DNA of 64,000 nt from an uncultured Erysipelotrichaceae bacterium. GTDB taxonomy: Bacteria; Bacillota_I; Bacilli_A; RFN20; CAG-826. The first letter of the stretch is position 1; every line of letters begins with the position of its first letter. Shown piece by piece: positions 26,496 through 40,162 of this stretch. The notes below the pieces were generated by a model. The model saw nothing but the letters and a program-made list of their open reading frames with translations. It made no database searches and was not told where the DNA came from. The position numbers were made by a program, and so were the translations under genes. The DNA is taken from assembly GCA_902802355.1 (NCBI GenBank), contig CADCLU010000011.1, positions 313 through 64,312 on the forward strand. The letters are read 5' to 3'.

Positions 26496-27602
26496 TTGGA
26501 ATTATAGGAAAGGTTTTCTAAGTAAGCGTCGATGAATGGGTCGAGGTCGCCATCCATCACGCCTTGGACATCGCTCGTCTCATAGTTCGTGCGGTTGTCC
26601 TTAACCATAGTATAAGGGCAAAACACGTATGAACGAATCTGAGAACCCCATTCGATGTTCTTTTGCTCACCAACGACGGATTTGAGTTTCGCTTCGCGTT
26701 CCTCAATCTTTCTCTGCATGAGCTTATCGGCAAGCATCTCCATACAGGTCTGCTTGTTGAAGAGCTGGCTTCTTTCGACTTCGCACGAAACGACAATGCC
26801 GGTGGGAAGGTGAGTAATACGGACGGCAGACGAGACTTTGTTGACGTTTTGTCCGCCAGCGCCACCGCTTCTAAATGTATCGACTTTGAGGTCTTTTGGA
26901 TCGATCTCGACATCGCTGATCTTACCGAACTCAGGGATGACGTTCACGGAAGCGAAGGATGTGTGTCTTCTCGCATTTGAATCAAATGGGGAAATCCTGA
27001 CAAGACGGTGAACGCCTTTCTCGCCTTTGAGAAGACCATAGACGTTCTTGCCGCTGATCTTGACGGTCGCGCTCTTAAGGCCGGCTTCTTCGCCTTGCTC
27101 ATAAGAGAGAACCTGCCATTTGAAGTGATGCGATTCGGCGTAGCGGTTATACATCCTGAAAAGCATGTCCGCCCAATCGTTGGCTTCGGTTCCGCCAGCG
27201 CCTGGGTGAATGTCGAGGGTGCAGTTGAAATGGTCATACTCTCCTCTAAAGAGGAGGTCGACTCTGAGTTCTTTGATTTTCTTGGAAAGCTCCTTCTCCA
27301 TTCCTTCGATGAGCTCGCGCATGTCAGGAGTTTTGGAATCCGGATCATCAAGAAGAAGCGACAACTCATCGAAGTCGTTCTTGATGGCGGTATATCCTTG
27401 GACTTTCGACTTGGCGTCGTTAAGCCTATTGACTACTTCCAAAGCCGACTTCTGATCGTTCCAGAAGCCTTCTCTGTTCTGTTCTTCGTCTAATGAAGCA
27501 ATCTCGGAATTTAACTTATCAAGGTCAAAGAGAACCACCGAGTTGCGAAACAAGTTTCCCAATATTCTGGGCTTCTTGCTTTAGTTCGACTAACTCTTTC
27601 AT
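26492..27602 (-). CDS. prfB: Peptide chain release factor 2 (requires programmed +1 frameshift)
   Basis: ORF0 is MKELVELKQEAQNIGKLVSQLGGSL-TGA. A +1 shift continues as DLDKLNSEIASLDEEQ... with SPF and GGQ motifs (RISPFDS, SGGAGGQNVNK). Confidence 0.95.
27524..27530 (-). promoter_or_regulatory. RF2 autoregulatory +1 recoding site
   Basis: The minus strand reads GGT GGT TCT CTT TGA C. The slippery CTT-TGA-C has an SD-like GGTGG upstream. Confidence 0.9.
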
Positions 27603-27613
27603 ATATTCCTCTC

Positions 27614-30088
27614 TTATTCCTTGTTTTCGTCGTTTGACGCGGTTTCTGCAGGGGATTTTTGCTCAACTCTGCCAGCTTTGACGGTGGCATCGGTATCGAC
27701 GGCTTCATGATGTTCATGATCGTGTTCGATATGAACCTGTCTCTGGAGTTTGACGTTGAGAAGGTTGAAACAGGTATCAACAGCGGCTTTGTCGTTCATC
27801 TCTTTGAAGAGGTCATAGCCTTCGTTGACGTAATCCTGAAGTGGGTTTCTCTGAGCGTAGCTTCTAAGGGAGATGCCATCACGGAGATGGGACATGGTGT
27901 CGATGTGGCCCTGCCAGTTACGGTCGATGACACGTAAGGAGATAGTACGCTCGATGTTGTCGGCTTCCTTGATGGACCAGGTCTTTCTCTTGTCAAGATA
28001 GGCCTTATAGAGAAGATCGCCAAGGTCATCGCCTGCTTCTTCGTATGGAGCATTATCGAAAGCGCCGGCATCGATGGATCCCTCTGGCATGAACTGAGGC
28101 TCGACGAGTCTCTTGAGGTGTTCGCCGGAGATGATGCCTGCGGCATTGGTTGGATCGATGGCTTTCTGAGCGAGGTAAAGACCTGTGGTCTTGAAGAACT
28201 CGCGGATGAGGTCGACGATGTCTTCCGCCATAAGGATGGCGTCACGTTTCTTGTAGATGATGTCACGCTGTTTGGCGAGAACGTCATCGTAGTCTTTTAA
28301 GTTCTTACGGATGTCGAAGTTCTTTCCTTCGATCTGCTTCTGAGCGTTGGTGACGGCGTTGGTGAGCATTTTGCTCTCATAGGACTCGTCCTGGAGGCTC
28401 TTGACGAAGAGGTTGCGGAGATTCTCTGGAGCGAATCTTCTCATAAGTTCGTCATCGAAGGAGATGAAGAAACGGGAGTAGCCTGGGTCGCCTTGACGTC
28501 CGCTACGGCCACGGAGCTGGTTATCAATACGTCTAGACTCGTGACGCTCGGTGCCGAAGACGCAAAGACCGCCGAGGGCTTTGACTTCGTCAGTGAGCTT
28601 AATATCGGTACCACGACCAGCCATGTTGGTGGCAAGGGTGACGGCTCCTTTTTCGCCAGCGTGAGAGATGATCTCAGCCTCACGGGCTTGGTTCTTAGCG
28701 TTCAAGACTTCGTGTGGGACCCCTGCTTTCGTTAAGAGAGCGGAGATCTCAAGGTTCGACTCGACGGAGACGGTACCAATAAGAATTGGCTGTCCTTTGG
28801 CGTGTCTTTCTTTGACAGCCTCGACGAGGGCTTTGAGTTTGGCATCGTGGGTGGCGAAGATAAGATCGTCATCATCGATTCTCTGGACAGGACGGTTGGT
28901 TGGGATGCAGACGACCTTGAGGTTGTAGATGGTCTGGAACTCCTCTTCCTCGGTCTTGGCGGTACCGGTCATACCAGAGAGCTTCTCGTAGAGACGGAAG
29001 AAGTTTTGGTAGGTGATGGTCGCAAGAACGACGGTTTCCTGTTTGATCTCGACGCCTTCTTTGGCCTGAATGGCTTGCTGTAAGCCATCGTTATATTCAC
29101 GGCCTGGCATGATACGACCAGTGAACTGGTCGATTAACTGAATCTTGTGTTCGCTGTCGACCATGTACTCGACGTCGCGGGCCATGATGTAGTTGGCTTT
29201 GAGGGCCTGGTGGATACGGTGAATGAGATCCTCATTCTCTGGATCGTAGAGGTTTCTGACACCGAACATCTTCTCGGCTTTGGCGGTTCCTTCTTCTGTG
29301 AGAGAGCAAGCCTTGTCCTTGATGTCGATTTCGTAGTCCTTGCCTTTGCGGAGGTACTTAACGAAACGGTCAGCGACCTGATATTGAGAAGCGGCAGATT
29401 TCTGACCGCCGGAAATGATAAGTGGGGTACGGGATTCGTCGATGAGAATGGAGTCGGCTTCATCGACGACGGTGAAGTAGAGTCCACGGAGAACACGACC
29501 TTCGAGGTTTGGGGCCATGTTGTCACGGAGGTAGTCGAATCCAAGTTCGGAGTTGGTTGTGTAGGTGATGTCGCAAGCATAAGCTTCACGCTTAGCGGCG
29601 GTATCTTTGGCGGCGAGGTTAACACCGACAGTAAGACCTAAGAAGCGGTAGATGTTGCCCATCCACTCAGCGTCACGAGCAGCAAGGTATTCGTTAACGG
29701 TGACGACGTGAACACCTTTGCCCATGAGGGCGTTGTGGTAGACAGCCATGGTACAGGTGAGGGTCTTACCTTCACCGGTCTTCATCTCAGCGATGTCGCC
29801 TCTATCCAAAACCAAGGAACCAATAATCTGGACCTTGAATGGTTTCTGTTTCAAAACACGCCAGCCGGCTTCACGGGCAACGGCAAAGGCTTCGTGTTTG
29901 ATGCTCTCAAGGGTTTCGCCCTTGGCTAAACGCTCTTTGAATTCAGCAGTTTTTCCAATGAGTTCCTCATCGGTTAATTTGCTCATCTGCTCATCAAGAG
30001 CCATGATTTGGTCTGCCTCACGGGACAGACGATCTAACTCTCTCTTCTCAAAACGGAAGAGTTTCTCAATAAAATTCGCCACAATCAA
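27614..30088 (-). CDS. secA: Preprotein translocase ATPase SecA
   Basis: 824 aa. MKTGEGKTL Walker A and DEADSILIDE Walker B (DEAD motor box). Conserved secA-prfB adjacency. Confidence 0.97.
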   Translation of the reverse strand: MIVANFIEKLFRFEKRELDRLSREADQIMALDEQMSKLTDEELIGKTAEFKERLAKGETLESIKHEAFAVAREAGWRVLKQKPFKVQIIGSLVLDRGDIAEMKTGEGKTLTCTMAVYHNALMGKGVHVVTVNEYLAARDAEWMGNIYRFLGLTVGVNLAAKDTAAKREAYACDITYTTNSELGFDYLRDNMAPNLEGRVLRGLYFTVVDEADSILIDESRTPLIISGGQKSAASQYQVADRFVKYLRKGKDYEIDIKDKACSLTEEGTAKAEKMFGVRNLYDPENEDLIHRIHQALKANYIMARDVEYMVDSEHKIQLIDQFTGRIMPGREYNDGLQQAIQAKEGVEIKQETVVLATITYQNFFRLYEKLSGMTGTAKTEEEEFQTIYNLKVVCIPTNRPVQRIDDDDLIFATHDAKLKALVEAVKERHAKGQPILIGTVSVESNLEISALLTKAGVPHEVLNAKNQAREAEIISHAGEKGAVTLATNMAGRGTDIKLTDEVKALGGLCVFGTERHESRRIDNQLRGRSGRQGDPGYSRFFISFDDELMRRFAPENLRNLFVKSLQDESYESKMLTNAVTNAQKQIEGKNFDIRKNLKDYDDVLAKQRDIIYKKRDAILMAEDIVDLIREFFKTTGLYLAQKAIDPTNAAGIISGEHLKRLVEPQFMPEGSIDAGAFDNAPYEEAGDDLGDLLYKAYLDKRKTWSIKEADNIERTISLRVIDRNWQGHIDTMSHLRDGISLRSYAQRNPLQDYVNEGYDLFKEMNDKAAVDTCFNLLNVKLQRQVHIEHDHEHHEAVDTDATVKAGRVEQKSPAETASNDENKE

Positions 30089-30141
30089 TCTCCTAAATAG
30101 ATAGCCTTGAAATCATACCATTACCATAAATGGTAAGCAAA

Positions 30142-30864
30142 CTAGTTCCTTTCACCTCGGATTATTTTCTTAAATCCGTCCACGATTTGCAGTAGTTTTC
30201 GCGAAAAAGAGATTTTATTCTCTTTTCGATTTTTGGGGTCAATTGTCCTCGCCATAACCAGGATTTCGACTTTGTTCGCACCGTGTTCAAGGAGCATCTT
30301 CGCGCAGGCTTTCGCGGTCGCTCCCGTGGTGAGAAGGTCGTCGATGAAGAGGACGTTAAGACCCGCCACACTCATTCCTTGTTTCCAGGCAAGGTGCTTT
30401 CCGATCTGCTGCCTCTCAGCGAAATTGAGATCGGCTTGTTTGACGTTGTCCTTCTTCTCGATCGCATGTATGAAGGGTCGCTCAAGGCCTTTGAAAATCT
30501 CTACGACGTGATTGAATCCCCTAACCCTGTCTTTTTCCTCGTAACTCGGAGCAGGCACCAAAACCCAATTCCGATACTTCCTTTCAAGGAAAGACCTTTG
30601 CCTAGAGAGGAAGACTCCCGCCATCTCATAGTCGAAACAGCCTTTGCACTGATAAAGCATCTGCTTCACCTTGTCGTTATAGACGAAGAGGGATGTTGCT
30701 TTAATCCCATCAAGCTCATTCACAACCATGTTTGGCTCCATCAGATTGAAGCAGTCCGGACAAATCGGATAATCCTCAAAAAGAGAAGCCGTGTCATAGC
30801 TACGGATATCCTTGAAACACACCTTACAGAAAGGTGTTGTAGTGCTCGATTTTTCTAATGGCAT
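30142..30864 (-). CDS. comFC: ComF family protein (ComFC-like, PRTase fold)
   Basis: N-terminal Cys pairs (CKVC...CPDC) and the C-terminal PRTase motif VLFIDDLLTTGAT. Confidence 0.85.
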   Translation of the reverse strand: MPLEKSSTTTPFCKVCFKDIRSYDTASLFEDYPICPDCFNLMEPNMVVNELDGIKATSLFVYNDKVKQMLYQCKGCFDYEMAGVFLSRQRSFLERKYRNWVLVPAPSYEEKDRVRGFNHVVEIFKGLERPFIHAIEKKDNVKQADLNFAERQQIGKHLAWKQGMSVAGLNVLFIDDLLTTGATAKACAKMLLEHGANKVEILVMARTIDPKNRKENKISFSRKLLQIVDGFKKIIRGERN

Positions 30865-31963
30865 CGGTCATTTCCTCCGTTTGTTTTTGAGCGAAAAAGA
30901 CGACTTCACCATTAGGTGAGTCCATCTTCCTGCCTACTCTTCCTGATATTTGAATCAAGGTCGAAGAGTCATATATGGATTTGTTGTCGGCATGGAAAAC
31001 GAGAACCTGAAGATTCTTGATCGTGACGCCTCTTTCAAGGACCGAAGTCGTTATGAGGAAATCCAGTTTCCCTTTCTTGAAATCGTCGATGACGTTCTCT
31101 TTGTCGGGCCTCTCACTGTGTACATAAGAGCCATTCTTCACGGCTAGCGAAACCTTCTCAAAGAGAGACTCACAAAGAACGATCGTCGGAGCGAAGACAA
31201 AACAAGGCTTCCCCTCCTTCTTGTACTCACGGAGCTTCTTGATGATCTTAAGCGTCTGAAAGAGAGGAATCGAAAGGCTTACCTTTGGTACTGGGATTGG
31301 TTTCTTATGGAAACGAGTCATGAGCTCAAGGACTTCATGATTCTTTTTATGGAACTCTTTGAGTATGGCTTTGCTTGGGGTTGCGCTCATGAGAACGCAA
31401 TGCCCACGAAGCGATTTCTTATAAAGGGCAATCAAGACATCGTTTCCCTTGAAAGGGAATGCATCTATCTCATCCATGACCAAAAGATCGAAATAATCCG
31501 GATATCTATATAACTGGTGGGTCGTCAAAATGACGATGTCCCCTTCTAACCTTCTATGATGGTCGCCATATACCGCCACAATCTTGTTGTTCGGGAAGGC
31601 CTTCATCATTCTCCAGTAGAGTTCTATGACGACATCTCTTCTAGGAAGAGCAAAACCTGCTCTCAAACCATGAGAAATCGCATAAGCGAGAACGCCATAG
31701 CTGATTTCCGTCTTGCCTGATCCGCATACTGCGTACACAAGTGTGTCCACGCCTTTGACGAAATTCTCGACGATCTTCCTTGAGAGTTCGCTTTGTTCTT
31801 CGGAGAGTTTGTATGCCAAAGACAAGGGCGCCTTCTTCGGAGGATGAGGAACATCTCTAGCTTCCTCTCCTGAAAAGATGATGCACTTACGGCAATAGGC
31901 TTCCCCGTTCTTGTAGCCGATATATTTCTCTTCTTTGTTTCCGCAGCGAGGACAAACAAACAT
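30824..31963 (-). CDS. comFA: ComFA-like DEAD/DEAH helicase (competence protein)
   Basis: N-terminal Zn ribbon CPRCG...CRKC, Walker A AVCGSGKTE, and DEID box VMDEIDAF. Confidence 0.85.
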   Translation of the reverse strand: MFVCPRCGNKEEKYIGYKNGEAYCRKCIIFSGEEARDVPHPPKKAPLSLAYKLSEEQSELSRKIVENFVKGVDTLVYAVCGSGKTEISYGVLAYAISHGLRAGFALPRRDVVIELYWRMMKAFPNNKIVAVYGDHHRRLEGDIVILTTHQLYRYPDYFDLLVMDEIDAFPFKGNDVLIALYKKSLRGHCVLMSATPSKAILKEFHKKNHEVLELMTRFHKKPIPVPKVSLSIPLFQTLKIIKKLREYKKEGKPCFVFAPTIVLCESLFEKVSLAVKNGSYVHSERPDKENVIDDFKKGKLDFLITTSVLERGVTIKNLQVLVFHADNKSIYDSSTLIQISGRVGRKMDSPNGEVVFFAQKQTEEMTDAIRKIEHYNTFL

Positions 31964-32055
31964 TGGCTCTCTCCGCTAAACATATAGAGAAAAGAATCAG
32001 ATTTTTCAGAAAAACCTCGCAAATATTGAAATATCTATGGCAAAACGCCGTTATT

Positions 32056-36374
<4,319 letters not shown>

Positions 36375-36468
36375 ATATTAACATAGTTAAATTATATCAT
36401 TCGCCATGTTTACCTTCTAGGTCTTCGAGGGTATTTTCTTTAACTTAATTAAAGAAGATAATAAAGAC

Positions 36469-37362
36469 ATGAAGCTGTTCAAGAAACAGGAAACTCCAAC
36501 CGGTAATCTTGCCCTTTTGGGTATCTTTGCCGCGGTCATGGGAGCGTTCTCCATAATCCTTGCGCTCATACCTCTTTCGAGCCTGCTTTTAGGTTTGTTC
36601 CTTCCTCTTGTCAGCGCGGTCGCTTCATATTACACGGAAAACAAATATCTCCCTGCCTATGTGATTGGTGCATCTGCTTTATGCTTGGGCCTCACTTTCT
36701 TCAACTGGGGAGACACATTGTTTGTCGTTATTCCTAGCATTTTTGCAGGAAGTTTCTATGGCTTCTTGAGAGACAAGAAGGTTCCCTCTCAATTTCTTAT
36801 TATCTTAACTTCGGTTGTGCAGACCCTTCTCAATGTCGCTGCGTTCTATATCCTTCTCGGTGTCACGAACGTGAACATCTTTGAGGTTTTGGTGAACGCA
36901 TTACAGCTTCCAAACGATTACATCATTCCAGGGTTCATAGTCACTTATTCGATCGCCGAAACGGTTCTTAGTTTCTTCATCATCGAAGGCGTCATCAACA
37001 AATTCTCGAAGGACGCTTTCACGTTTCCAAAGGAAAGATTCATCAGCCCAGCTCTTGGAATCCTTTTCGGAGGACTCAGTTTGGGATTCGCTTTCATCGA
37101 GATCCACTTCTCCTACATCTTCATGGTGTTAGGAATATATTTCGCTCTCGTGGGATCAAGCGTTCTCTTTGAGAACAAGCCGATTTGGGTTTATGTCCTC
37201 GGCGGCGTTTTGCTTCTTTTGTCCCTTTTCCTCTTTGCTTTGCTTAACAAACAATTCCCGGAATACAGCGCGATCAACCTTGCCTCAATCTTCTTTATCT
37301 CGATTTCCTTAACTAGTTTTGTTTCAATATTTGTAAACAAAAAGGGTACAATAAACTCATGA
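36469..37362 (+). CDS. Polytopic membrane protein, unknown function
   Basis: 297 aa, about 8 TM segments, no recognisable motif. Confidence 0.6.
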   Translation: MKLFKKQETPTGNLALLGIFAAVMGAFSIILALIPLSSLLLGLFLPLVSAVASYYTENKYLPAYVIGASALCLGLTFFNWGDTLFVVIPSIFAGSFYGFLRDKKVPSQFLIILTSVVQTLLNVAAFYILLGVTNVNIFEVLVNALQLPNDYIIPGFIVTYSIAETVLSFFIIEGVINKFSKDAFTFPKERFISPALGILFGGLSLGFAFIEIHFSYIFMVLGIYFALVGSSVLFENKPIWVYVLGGVLLLLSLFLFALLNKQFPEYSAINLASIFFISISLTSFVSIFVNKKGTINS

Positions 37363-37934
37363 AATTCTTACGTGAATTTGGCTTAGGCCTTGTATACATA
37401 CTCTTGCTGCCGATTCTATTGGCGGCTCTCCTCGTCGTTGGGGTTGTGATGGTTTTCGTTTGGATCGTCACTTTCTTCAAAGGATGCATCCGTTTCTTCA
37501 AAGGCGATTCCTTCTTTGCCCCTCTCCCAGAAGATGAGCAAGTCGAGAAAATCAAAGAGGAAGAGCTTCGTAGAAAAACAGAGTCAGACAAACCAGAGCC
37601 TGCACCAGCTCAGCCAGCCGGCCCATCTCAGGTCTACGTCCAGAACAACTACTATCAACCTCAACCTGGCCAACCAAACGGTCAAATCCCACAAAATCCA
37701 CAGCAAAACATGCCTCCTTTCCAACAGGGCTATCCTCAAGGATATCCTCAGGGCTACCCACAACAGCCTTATGGAAACGGAATTCCGCAACAGCCATATG
37801 GCGGCTCCATCCCACAACAGCAGCCTCCATATCCATATGCGGAACAGATCCCTTACACTGAGCCAGCTCCAGCAGAGACTGACCCAAGCAAGATGATCGA
37901 AATCACTCCGACGGAAGGAGATGACAACGAATGA
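37359..37934 (+). CDS. Membrane-anchored Pro/Gln/Tyr/Gly-rich low-complexity protein
   Basis: 191 aa. An N-terminal TM hairpin is followed by QPQPGQPNGQIPQNPQQNMPPFQQGYPQGYPQGYPQQPYG... (GYPQ x3 at 37728-37763). ATGA-coupled on both sides. Confidence 0.65.
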   Translation: MKFLREFGLGLVYILLLPILLAALLVVGVVMVFVWIVTFFKGCIRFFKGDSFFAPLPEDEQVEKIKEEELRRKTESDKPEPAPAQPAGPSQVYVQNNYYQPQPGQPNGQIPQNPQQNMPPFQQGYPQGYPQGYPQQPYGNGIPQQPYGGSIPQQQPPYPYAEQIPYTEPAPAETDPSKMIEITPTEGDDNE

Positions 37935-38570
37935 GATACTATGTTGAATTTGCGTTAAGCGAAAACGATAAGAGGCTCCTTTTCATCCTCCTCATCGTTT
38001 TCCTCATCATCTTCTTGCTCCTTGGACTCATCGGCGTTCTTATCAGAACCATCTCCAAAGTATGAGGCGGTCACAAATAGAGTCATAACCACTCCAGAAC
38101 AATTGAAAAAATATGGCAGAGTCAAAAACAACAGACTCTTCTTTAAACAAGCTATCCCTCCATTCATCATCCTTGCCGCTTCTCTCCTCATGTACCTTAT
38201 CTATTCCTTTGCCTCAGGCATCTGGGCGGAAGATTACTTCGGTCACTTCTCAAGCCTTCTCTACACTTGGGATTGGGCTAATCCAGAGAACTATGCTGAC
38301 TTCTGGGGACTTACCCTGCTTCGCAGATGGCCACCGCTTCTCAACGAGCCTCACTTCGTCGCCGAATACTGGGGAGCATATATCCTTGTTCCTCTTTGGC
38401 TCACTGCCGGTATCTACTATCTCGTCGTCATCCAAGCTTATGTTGCCCGCGCGATGATGATTGAGAAGAGAAGCCACACCGTCTTCGAGAAGAGCTTAGA
38501 GGACTTCAACTACTTCAACGATACGAAAAAGGACGCCCCTGCTCAGGACGCCCAACAATCTAATAAGTAA
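37931..38570 (+). pseudogene. Membrane protein gene with an apparent frame break (ATG ORF 37931-38065 plus ORF 38022-38570)
   Basis: The 44-codon ORF MRYYVEFALSENDKRLLFILLIVFLIIFLLLGLIGVLIRTISKV* is ATGA-coupled to the upstream gene. The downstream 182-codon ORF has only a TTG start. Removing 1 nt, for example in A3 at 38057-38059, fuses them. Confidence 0.45.
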
Positions 38571-38711
38571 TTAGAACGCGAACATGTCTATGATTTCATA
38601 GACGATGAGCAACGCCAAAACAATATCCAAGATGATCATCAAACCAAAGATGCGATTCTTGGATTTTTGTTTTTTCTCTTCTGGAGTCAAAGGCGTTTTG
38701 ATACGTTCCAT
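38571..38711 (-). CDS. 46-codon single-TM micro-ORF immediately downstream of asnS
   Basis: Own translation: MERIKTPLTPEEKKQKSKNRIFGLMIILDIVLALLIVYEIIDMFAF*. The ATG lies 2 nt after the asnS stop. It is below the ORF-track size cut-off. Confidence 0.35.
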   Translation of the reverse strand: MERIKTPLTPEEKKQKSKNRIFGLMIILDIVLALLIVYEIIDMFAF

Positions 38712-38713
38712 GA

Positions 38714-40083
38714 TTAATACTTTAACGCATTAGAGGTGCGTGGGTAAGGTTCAGTGTCGCGGATGTTGGCCATGCCGGTGATGTACATCAAGAGACGGTC
38801 GAAGCCAATACCAAAACCGCTGTGGACGCAACCGCCGTATTTTCTAAGGTTGAGATACCACTCAAGGCCTTCGGTGTTGCCGATCTTGTCCATCTTGGCT
38901 TTGAGGACATCGTAACGCTCCTCACGCTGGGAGCCTCCGACGATCTCGCCTTCGCCTGGAACGAGAAGGTCAACCGCAGCAACGGTCTTTCCGTCATCGT
39001 TTTCTTTCATATAGAAGGCTTTGATCTCTTTTGGATAGTTGTATAAGAAAACAGGTCCACCGACGACTTCTTCGGTGAGATATCTTTCGTGCTCGCTCTG
39101 TAAGTCCATGCCCCACTCAATCTTATTGTTCACGAACTTGTGTCCTTCGGCAACCGCTTTCTGGAGGAGAGCGATACCTTCGGTATATTCCATCTTGCGG
39201 AAGTCGGCCTGGAGAACTTTGTGGAGTTTGTCGAGGACGCCTTTGTCGATCCATTTGTTGAAGAATTCCATCTCGTCTGGGCAATGATCAAGGACGTACT
39301 TGATGCAGAACTTGATGCAGGATTCGATGCATTCCATATCGTCATCGAGATCGGCGAAAGCAAGCTCTGGCTCAATCATCCAGAATTCGCTGGCGTGACG
39401 GGTGGTGTTGGATTTCTCGGCACGGAAGGTTGGACCAAAGGTGTAAACATCTTTGAAGGCCATCGCGAAGGCTTCGACGTGAAGCTGTCCGGAGACAGTC
39501 AAGGAAGCACGACGACCATAGAAGTCATTGATTGGGTCTTTGGCGTCTGTTGTGACGGTGAAGACGGAGCCCGCTCCTTCAGCGTCGTTTCCGGTGATTT
39601 CTGGAGTGTGGACATAAACGAAGCCTCTGTCCTGGAAGAAGGTGTGGACGGCCATGGCAAGAACACTTCTGACCCTGAAGACAGCGTCGAAGGTGTTGGT
39701 GCGTGGACGGAGATAAGCTTCCTCACGAAGGAATTCGAATGAGGTCTTTTTCTTCTGGAGAGGATAGTCAGGAGCAACATCGCCTAAGAGTTCGGCGGAA
39801 GTAGCCTGAATCTCGAATGGCTGAGGGAGATCTGGGGTGGCAACTGGTTTGCCTTCGAATCTCACGGCAGCGCCGAATGGATATTTAGAGACTTCAGCGA
39901 AGAAAGGGCTATTAGCAGAATAGACGACCTGGATATTCTTGAAGCAAGTTCCATCGTGAAGGTGGATGAAACCGACGTTGCCGCTGTTACGGTTGGTCCC
40001 TGAACGGTGACTTTCTCAAGTTTTGCCAATTCATCGATTGGCATGGCGTACAAATCTTTTACGCTGATGGCTTTTTTCTGCAT
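38714..40083 (-). pseudogene. asnS: Asparaginyl-tRNA synthetase, reading frame interrupted in the N-terminal OB-fold domain
   Basis: The 383-codon catalytic ORF carries class II motifs (..FRAEKSNTTRHASEFWMIEPE.., ..GGSQREER.., ..GFGIGFDRL..). A 73-codon N-terminal ORF lies in another frame. The break is at CAGGGACC (39998-40000). Confidence 0.7.
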
Positions 40084-40162
40084 ATTTAGCTCCTCTATTG
40101 CTTTCTAGTATTCAATTAATGTGATTAATTGCAACTATCAATATCAAAATACCCTGCAAATC

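Noticed and set aside
37955-38191. A 78-codon minus-strand ORF with an acidic tail (..EQEDDEENDEEDEKE..).
   Set aside because: It is antisense to the hydrophobic Leu/Ile/Phe-rich N-terminus of the plus-strand membrane gene, so GAG/GAA codons mirror CTC/TTC. There is no SD.
40084-40162. A T-box leader upstream of asnS.
   Set aside because: The spacer is only 79 nt, far too short for a T-box (about 200 nt or more). No T-box consensus (AGGGUGGNACCGCG) is present.
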